Below, one piece after another: positions 49,358-55,238 of a DNA stretch of 55,238 nt (position 1 is the stretch's first letter; each line of letters opens with the position of its first letter). Under the pieces are notes generated by a model, which saw only the letters and a program-made list of their open reading frames with translations, did no database searches and was not told the origin of the DNA. The position numbers were made by a program, and so were the translations under genes. Location: contig JAIRZV010000033.1 of the NCBI GenBank assembly GCA_031267055.1, positions 1 to 55,238 on the forward strand, in the 5' to 3' direction. Source of the stretch: Candidatus Margulisiibacteriota bacterium (lineage in GTDB: Bacteria > Margulisbacteria > Termititenacia > Termititenacales > Termititenacaceae).

Positions 49358-49978
49358 TTAGGAGATTGACGGATCGGCGCTGAGCGGCAGCTCGGCAGTT
49401 TGCGCCGCGGCAAAGCGTTGCAATTTTTCCGCGGCCGTTTCCTGATCGGTTTCCATTTGTAATTTCGGCTCGGGCGGCAGGTCCTGCAAATTTTTTAGTC
49501 CGAAATGGCGCAAAAATTTTTCGGTCGTACCGTAAAGCATAGGCCGTCCCACGGTATCCGCCTGGCCTTTTTCTTCGACTAATTCTTTGTCCTGCAGTGA
49601 CTTGACTATCCAGTCGGAATTGATACCGCGTATTGCCTCGATCGCGCTTTTGGAAACCGGCTGGCGGTAGGCGATAATAGTCAGAGTTTCCAGAGCTGCC
49701 GCGGACAGCGAAAATTCCTGTGGCGTGTTGATGTACAATTCCAGCGGTTTGGAATATTCCGGCTTGGTCGCAAATTGATAGCCATCGGAAATATTGACGA
49801 TCTGCAGGCCATGTGTCGGATCCGCGTATTTGGCGGTTAATTCCGCGACGAGCTGCAAGGCGGTTTCTTCCGGCGTTTCCAGATAACGCGCCAATTGTTC
49901 GGGCAGCAACGGCTGCCGTGCCATAAAAAGCAAAATTTCCAGCTGCGGCAATAAATTACTGGGCGTCGTTTCCGTCAT
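49358..49978 (-). CDS. scpB: segregation and condensation protein B
   Basis: LEILLFMARQPLLPEQLARYL, LETLTIIAYRQPVSKSAIEAIRG and TVGRPMLYGTTEKFLRHFGL. Confidence 0.9.
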   Translation of the reverse strand: MTETTPSNLLPQLEILLFMARQPLLPEQLARYLETPEETALQLVAELTAKYADPTHGLQIVNISDGYQFATKPEYSKPLELYINTPQEFSLSAAALETLTIIAYRQPVSKSAIEAIRGINSDWIVKSLQDKELVEEKGQADTVGRPMLYGTTEKFLRHFGLKNLQDLPPEPKLQMETDQETAAEKLQRFAAAQTAELPLSADPSIS

Positions 49979-50840
49979 TTTCTTTTTGTGCTCCGCTTGT
50001 TCCGGCCGTCAAATCCACGACCGTATTGTATTCGGCTTCGTCGAATTCCACCTGTTGCGCGCCGATATTTTTGCGCGCGCTGATTTCAATGTCGTCAAAT
50101 ATAGCATTTTGCGCGACAAGAATAAACTGCTGCCGCACCAGCTCCAGCATGGCGATAAAAGTAGCGATGATTTCGCTGCGGTCGTTCAGATTTTGAAAAA
50201 ACTCGGAGAGCGGGAGGGCGGCTGGCGAGTCTTTCAGACGCTCGATGATTTGCTGCATTTTTTCGCGCACCGGAAAAATTTTGGGCAGCGGTATGATGAT
50301 GTCGGCACCGCTGACGATAAAATTCTGCCAGACGCGCTTGAAAGCTTTGACCAGCAGCTCGACCTGCGCGTTGCGGAAAACGATATTTTTTTCCGTCGGC
50401 AAAGTGTTCAAATAATCATTGTTGATAATATCCCGCGTGTGCACGTGCGCGTAAGCGTCCCCGCGTTGCAGCAAGGTTTGGGTCAGATTTTTAAAAGCCT
50501 TGTATTGAATGAGCCGCTCCAAGAACAAACGTTTTTCCGCGGCAAAACCCGGGTCTTGCTCGGGGCCGGGGTCTTCCGGCAGGAGTTTTTTGGATTTTAG
50601 ATGAATGAGAAAAGCCGCGACTTCCAAAAAATGGCTGCTGATTTCCAGATTTAATTCCTGCATTTTGTGCAGATGCTCCAGATACGCCGCGGTGATCTTG
50701 CTGAGCGATACGTCAAAAATTTCAACCTTTTCCTCGTCGATCAATTGCAGCAGCAGATCAAAAGGCCCCTCGAAAACTTCCAGCTGTACTTTGAAATCAT
50801 CGTTTGGCTGAAGTTCCAATTCTGTTTCAGCTTCGCTCAT
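49956..50840 (-). CDS. scpA: segregation and condensation protein A
   Basis: FEGPFDLLLQLIDEEKVEIFDVSLSKITAAYLEHL is the canonical ScpA N-terminus. Overlaps scpB. Confidence 0.9.
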   Translation of the reverse strand: MSEAETELELQPNDDFKVQLEVFEGPFDLLLQLIDEEKVEIFDVSLSKITAAYLEHLHKMQELNLEISSHFLEVAAFLIHLKSKKLLPEDPGPEQDPGFAAEKRLFLERLIQYKAFKNLTQTLLQRGDAYAHVHTRDIINNDYLNTLPTEKNIVFRNAQVELLVKAFKRVWQNFIVSGADIIIPLPKIFPVREKMQQIIERLKDSPAALPLSEFFQNLNDRSEIIATFIAMLELVRQQFILVAQNAIFDDIEISARKNIGAQQVEFDEAEYNTVVDLTAGTSGAQKENDGNDAQ

Positions 50841-51823
50841 AGACTCTCCGCTTTCAAATCTCGTGACATCAAAGCCGCGATCGCTTCTTTGATCGGTTTG
50901 TTTTCGTACAGAATACCATACATTTGTTCCGTCAGCGGCATCGGCGTGCCGGTTTTTTGCGCCAGCGCATAGGCCAATTTGGTGGTTGGCACACCTTCCG
51001 CCACCGCTTTGAGATTTTGCAGGATTTCCGCGAGTTTTTGGCCTTGCGCCAACCGCTCTCCGACAGTGTGATTGCGGCTTAAAGTGCTTGAGCAGGTGGT
51101 GATGAGATCGCCCATGCCGGTCAAACCGAAAATCGTTTCGGACTTGCCGCCCAGCGTGATCGTCAATTTGGCCATTTCAACCATGCCGCGGACGAGCAGC
51201 GCGGCCTTGGTATTGTTGCCGAGCTGGAGGCCGTCGACGATACCCGCGGCGATCGCGATGATGTTTTTAAGCGTGCCGCCATACTCTGTGCCAATAACAT
51301 CGTTATTGGTGTACACACGAAAATAACTGTTGTTAAAAAGTTTTTGTATAGTTTTAGCCGTTTCTATATTTTCGGCGGCGATGACGGCGGTGGCCGGTTT
51401 TTGTTCGGCGATTTCGCGCGAAATATTCGGACCGGACAGCACGGCGGTATTTGTAAAGTATTCGGCCAGCACTTCGGACATGCGTTTGCCGGTGGTTTCA
51501 TCGAGGCCTTTGGTTGCGGAGAGGAGCAGACAATCCGGCGGCGCGAGGTCTTTGATTTGCCGGACAATTTGTCGGTAATACTGCGAGGCTGTGACAATGA
51601 CGAGCAATTCCGCGCCTTGCAGGGTTTCCGCCAGCACGGCGCTGCCCTGAATTTTATCCGGCAAAATTATGCCGGGCAATAATTCTTTGTTCTCGTGCGC
51701 GTTGATCTGCGCGGCGATAGACGCGTTGTGGCACCAGATAGTTACAGTATGACCGTTTTCCGCCAAAATTTTGGCCAGCGTTGTGCCCCACGCTCCGCAA
51801 CCCAAAATCGCCGCTTTAACCAT
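50837..51823 (-). CDS. gpsA: NAD(P)H-dependent glycerol-3-phosphate dehydrogenase
   Basis: MVKAAILGCGAWGTTLAKILA Rossmann start; internal ATG chosen, giving an 8-nt overlap with plsY. GTLKNIIAIAAGI and LSRNHTVGERL. Confidence 0.9.
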   Translation of the reverse strand: MVKAAILGCGAWGTTLAKILAENGHTVTIWCHNASIAAQINAHENKELLPGIILPDKIQGSAVLAETLQGAELLVIVTASQYYRQIVRQIKDLAPPDCLLLSATKGLDETTGKRMSEVLAEYFTNTAVLSGPNISREIAEQKPATAVIAAENIETAKTIQKLFNNSYFRVYTNNDVIGTEYGGTLKNIIAIAAGIVDGLQLGNNTKAALLVRGMVEMAKLTITLGGKSETIFGLTGMGDLITTCSSTLSRNHTVGERLAQGQKLAEILQNLKAVAEGVPTTKLAYALAQKTGTPMPLTEQMYGILYENKPIKEAIAALMSRDLKAESL

Positions 51824-52448
51824 TTTGCTGCCCGGTGATTTTGGTTTCTGTTCCGGCGGCCAGCCGCTGGATATTGGGAATGTGTTTGATCCAGACAAAA
51901 ACCACTCCGACGAACGTGAGCAGCTGATAGGCCGGATACGGCGAAAAGGTCAGGAATAAAATCAGCGCGAGCACGCCAGCCGCTAGACTGGCGACGGATT
52001 GATAGCCGGTGATTTGCCGGACGAGCAGGGTAAAAATGGCGACGGCTAAAAATATGCGCCAGTCCAGCGCCAGCGCGATGCCGAGGCCGGTGGCGGCCGA
52101 TTTGCCGCCGCGAAAACCGATAAACACCGACGCCGAGTGGCCGACCAGCGCCAAAAAGCCACAGATAATCACCAGCCAGGCGTTACGTGGATCAGCGGCA
52201 ACCGGAAAAAACAGCAAACCCAGATAAGTGGCCAGAGCGCCTTTGGCCACATCGAGCATGAAAACCGCCAGACCGCACTTTTTGCCGCAGGCGCGAATGA
52301 CATTAGTCGTGCCGGTCGAGCCGGAGCCGACCTGAAAAATATCCACACCACAAAGTTTCGCTGTAATGACACCAAAAGGCAGGGCGCCGAGGAGATAAGC
52401 CGCGAGAAAAACCAACGGCATATTTGGCATAACCGGAAAATTCAACAT
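51816..52448 (-). CDS. plsY: glycerol-3-phosphate acyltransferase PlsY
   Basis: Polytopic membrane protein with GSGSTGTTNV and FRGGKSAATGLG motifs. Confidence 0.9.
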   Translation of the reverse strand: MLNFPVMPNMPLVFLAAYLLGALPFGVITAKLCGVDIFQVGSGSTGTTNVIRACGKKCGLAVFMLDVAKGALATYLGLLFFPVAADPRNAWLVIICGFLALVGHSASVFIGFRGGKSAATGLGIALALDWRIFLAVAIFTLLVRQITGYQSVASLAAGVLALILFLTFSPYPAYQLLTFVGVVFVWIKHIPNIQRLAAGTETKITGQQNG

Positions 52449-52507
52449 GGGTTAAATTTTAAATGACTAATTCTAGAAATACAACACGCGAGTTTTAATT
52501 AGAAGTT

Positions 52508-52882
52508 TTATTTGTGATTGTATATTTTTAAAACTTTCAGAAAAAAAGTTTGCGCTGGCTTTTCCAGTTTATTGGCTTCTTTGATTATTTTGTTTAAGAG
52601 AGTGTGTTTTTGGAGCAAATTATCTCTGCGGCGGTTGTTCCACACTTTTATATCTTTGAAAAAATATTCCGGCGGCACATTAAGGCTTTGGGCTATTTTG
52701 AGCAAAGTGTCCAGGCGCGGTGTGTTTCTGCCTTTCATAATATAATAAAAATTGGAATATTCCAGACCGGCGTTTAAAGCAGCTTCTTCGATCGATAAAT
52801 TCAGCGCCTGCATTAGATTAACTATTTTGGCGGAAATAGACCGGCGCAAAACACAATCCAGCGGCTCGGCTTTTTTGTCCAT
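52508..52882 (-). CDS. XRE-family helix-turn-helix transcriptional regulator
   Basis: ISAKIVNLMQALNLSIEEAALNAGLEYSNFYYIMKGRNTPRLDTLLKIAQSLNVPPEYFF. Start uncertain (52882 or 52915). Confidence 0.7.
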   Translation of the reverse strand: MDKKAEPLDCVLRRSISAKIVNLMQALNLSIEEAALNAGLEYSNFYYIMKGRNTPRLDTLLKIAQSLNVPPEYFFKDIKVWNNRRRDNLLQKHTLLNKIIKEANKLEKPAQTFFLKVLKIYNHK

Positions 52883-53133
52883 GACCAATGTCCTCCAGCT
52901 GTTTGCTTTGGTCAATTGTAATTATTTTTGGAGCCGCTAATTATATTGTTTTATCAAAATAAAAATAGTTTTATATGCACAAAAAATGTATTATACTTGT
53001 CGAATAAAAAGACAAATTCCTTGATTTAGGGGGTAGTTGTAAGATTTATGCCAGTTGGCAAAAAAGTTGAGTTTTATTAGGAAAGTACTCAAGAGATAAA
53101 TGTAAGACAGAAATTTTTGTTATACTTCAGCTC

Positions 53134-53619
53134 ATGCGCAAAGTTTTGATTTTATTTTTGCTCTGCGCCGCGGGGTTGGCATTTGAGCTGGCTGATTTAT
53201 ATTATCGGCAGAAATTTTCCGGTGAGGTTATAGTAGTCCACAAACAGAAAAAATATTTAACCCTGCACCAAGCCGGCGAAACTTACCGTTATCCGATCGC
53301 CACCGGCCAGAATACCGGCGACAAACAAGCCATTGGCGACAGACGCACGCCGGAAGGTATTTTTCGGATTATTTCGATCGAGCCGTCAGAAACCTGGACT
53401 TTTGATTTTGACGACGGGTTGGGGCCGATCACCGGCGCTTACGGACCCTGGTTTTTGCGTTTCGACGGGCCGTGGGCGGGCATCGCCATTCACGGCACGC
53501 ATGACGAGGCTACTATCGGTTTGGACGACACGCATGGCTGCATTCGCCTGCGCAACCCGGATTTGCGGGAATTGAAAGACCGGATAACCATCAATTATCC
53601 GGTGATTGTCCTGCCGTAA
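53134..53619 (+). CDS. L,D-transpeptidase (YkuD domain), secreted/anchored
   Basis: Signal/anchor MRKVLILFLLCAAGLA. Catalytic motif IAIHGTHDEATIGLDDTHGCIRLRN. Confidence 0.85.
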   Translation: MRKVLILFLLCAAGLAFELADLYYRQKFSGEVIVVHKQKKYLTLHQAGETYRYPIATGQNTGDKQAIGDRRTPEGIFRIISIEPSETWTFDFDDGLGPITGAYGPWFLRFDGPWAGIAIHGTHDEATIGLDDTHGCIRLRNPDLRELKDRITINYPVIVLP

Positions 53620-53656
53620 ACACAGTTGAATTCGATTCTCATGTATAATTCCAGAC

Positions 53657-54187
53657 ATGGAGTGCACAATAGATTTGCCTTTGGCCAAAGCGGATGTTTT
53701 GCGGTTTAAATCCGGCGATGAACTTTTTTTGAATGGCGTTATATACACAGCCCGCGACGCCGCGCATCAGAAAATCCACGAGCTTTTGCGGAAAAATCAG
53801 CCGTTGCCTTTCCCGCTGGAAAATCAGGTGATTTACTACACGGGGCCAACGCCAGCGCCGGACGGCAAACCGATCGGCTCCATAGGCCCGACGACCAGTG
53901 ACCGCATGGATCCTTTCACGCCGGAATTACTGGAACGCGGTTTAGCCGCGGTCATCGGCAAAGGACCACGCGTGCCGGAAGTCCGCGCCGCTTTTCAGCA
54001 AAAGCAAGCCTTGTATCTTGGCGCGATCGGCGGCACGGGGGCTTTACTGGCGCGCTCAGTTGTCGCCGCGGAAATAATTGCCTTTCCCGAACTGGGCACG
54101 GAAGCTGTGCGCCGCCTGACTGTCAGAAGTTTTCCGGTGACAGTCATTTACGACACACATGGCGGCGATCTTTACTCGCGTGCCTAA
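53657..54187 (+). CDS. Fe-S hydro-lyase beta subunit (class I fumarate hydratase / tartrate dehydratase beta type)
   Basis: LKSGDELFLNGVIYTARDAAHQKI...IYYTGPTP...GSIGPTTSDRMDPFTPELLE...IGKGPR is typical of the FumA/TtdB C-terminal-domain family. Confidence 0.8.
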   Translation: MECTIDLPLAKADVLRFKSGDELFLNGVIYTARDAAHQKIHELLRKNQPLPFPLENQVIYYTGPTPAPDGKPIGSIGPTTSDRMDPFTPELLERGLAAVIGKGPRVPEVRAAFQQKQALYLGAIGGTGALLARSVVAAEIIAFPELGTEAVRRLTVRSFPVTVIYDTHGGDLYSRA

Positions 54188-54863
54188 GCGCTCGCTGATC
54201 TTTATCCCGGGCTGGAATATCCGCGCGGAATTTCTGCAAAATTTCGCGGAAAATTTTGCGGACTATGAACTGTATTATTTCACACCGCCACGAGTAGTTG
54301 ACGGTGACGCCTATCAGCAGGCTGTCGATGCCTTGCGGGAATTCATTGCGGAAAAAAATATTGCTGCGCCGATCTTGCTCGGCTGGTCAATGGGCGGACA
54401 GATCGCGTTGCTTTATGCTTGGCGTGAATATTTTTGCACAGGTATCGTGCTAATTAATTCCGCGGCGGTTTTTTCTCGAGACGCGGAGGCGCGAAAAAAA
54501 TTTTATCTGGCCTGCCGGAGAGACTTTCACGGCGCGACCAGACATTTTTTGCGGCTGATGGGCAATTCTCCGGCCGAAAATTCACTGCTGCAAAAATATT
54601 TTATCGATGATAAAACCAGCGCCTTGAATTATCTGCGCGCTTTGCAGACCACCGATCTGACCGCCGCTGTGCGGAACAGCCGTTATCCGCTGGGAATTTT
54701 GCATACGCGCGCCGATAAAATAATTCCGTTTGGCGAAGCGGAGTATTTGCGAAATTTGCGACCGGACATAACCTGGCAAGAAATTGCTGACGCTAAACAT
54801 TGTCCGTTCTTTTCGCATTGTGATAAAATAACCGACCTGCTGGATGAGGTGACACATGGTTAA
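54159..54863 (+). CDS. alpha/beta-fold hydrolase (BioH/carboxylesterase-like)
   Basis: LIFIPGWN, nucleophile elbow GWSMGG, and C-terminal DAKHCPF (His). Start uncertain: ATG 54159 or GTG 54180. Confidence 0.7.
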   Translation: MAAIFTRVPKRSLIFIPGWNIRAEFLQNFAENFADYELYYFTPPRVVDGDAYQQAVDALREFIAEKNIAAPILLGWSMGGQIALLYAWREYFCTGIVLINSAAVFSRDAEARKKFYLACRRDFHGATRHFLRLMGNSPAENSLLQKYFIDDKTSALNYLRALQTTDLTAAVRNSRYPLGILHTRADKIIPFGEAEYLRNLRPDITWQEIADAKHCPFFSHCDKITDLLDEVTHG

Positions 54864-55238
54864 AAAGAAAAAAATATATAAATTGCAAAATCCGGCTGAA
54901 CCGAATCTGTACGAAAATTATTTTGACTACAGCAAAGTGCCGGTGATCGAGTTTGAGAAAAAGACTGTGCCGCAGCTGCGCCCGAAAGACATCTGGATCA
55001 CAGACACGACTTTCCGTGACGGCCAGCAGTCCCGTCCGCCTTATGATGTAGAGCAAATCGTGCAGCTCTTTAAGTTTCTGCACAAACTGAGCGGCCCCAA
55101 CGGCGTGATCCGCCAGTCGGAGTTTTTTCTCTATACGGACAAAGATAAAAAAGCCGTGGAAAAATGTCTGGAGCTGGGCTATCAGTTTCCGGAAATCACC
55201 GGCTGGATCCGCGCGGTCAAAGATGATTTTAAATTGGT
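54856..55238 (+). CDS. HMGL-like aldolase-type synthase (LeuA/NifV/Re-citrate-synthase family), 5' part only, runs off the window
   Basis: Hand translation MVKKKKIYKLQNPAEPNLYENYFDYSKVPVIEFEKKTVPQLRPKDIWITDTTFRDGQQSRPPY...PEITGWIRA. The TDTTFRDGQQ motif is diagnostic of the family. Open to the end of the window. 8-nt overlap with the preceding gene. Confidence 0.7.
   Translation, partial: MVKKKKIYKLQNPAEPNLYENYFDYSKVPVIEFEKKTVPQLRPKDIWITDTTFRDGQQSRPPYDVEQIVQLFKFLHKLSGPNGVIRQSEFFLYTDKDKKAVEKCLELGYQFPEITGWIRAVKDDFKL

Noticed and set aside
52916-53133. The 218-nt AT-rich spacer between the third XRE gene and the L,D-transpeptidase gene, and the 267-nt spacer at 45463-45729, examined for ncRNA or riboswitch structure.
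   Set aside because: Only short, weak hairpins were seen (e.g. AGTTGTTCGG/CCGAATAACT near 45643-45668). There is no conserved-looking architecture that I can name.

Overview
A 55.2-kb chromosomal window from an unidentified bacterium; lineage cannot be assigned from sequence alone. An alpha-2-macroglobulin/PBP1C pair, lipoboxes and a full rod-shape machinery suggest a diderm-type envelope. The backbone is housekeeping: two tRNAs at the left edge, HAD hydrolase, coaE, mreC-mreD-mrdA-rodA, glyA, dCMP deaminase, pheA, serS, pyrG, tRNA-CAU, rodZ, scpB, scpA, gpsA, plsY, an L,D-transpeptidase, a Fe-S hydro-lyase beta subunit, an alpha/beta hydrolase and a truncated LeuA/NifV-family synthase. Accessory content interrupts it. 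(1) An AT-rich PIN-domain two-gene islet abuts tRNA-His. (2) Two orphan helical proteins precede an 18.6-kb ORF for a roughly 6,200-aa secreted protein with three FG-GAP (integrin-alpha-like) regions, a long Ig-like module array and a FlgD-Ig/T9SS-type C-terminal domain. (3) An ~85-nt palindromic element occurs twice, with compensatory arm changes. (4) A DUF1016/PDDEXK nuclease gene is inserted at the serS 3' end and flanked by a diverged in-frame duplicate of the last 24 serS codons. (5) A tandemly duplicated cassette pairs a phage tail-collar/fibre-like protein with a divergent XRE regulator; both copies share a 15-bp operator-like motif at identical spacing. (6) An alpha-2-macroglobulin (intact CxEQ) sits with pbpC. 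(7) An AT-rich islet next to tRNA-CAU carries DUF3800 and two paralogous repeat lipoproteins, one with a 14-nt homopolymer between its start codon and signal peptide. Many operon-leading genes have a TGnTATAAT box 6-12 nt from the ATG and no Shine-Dalgarno. No CRISPR array, rRNA, transposase or integrase was seen.
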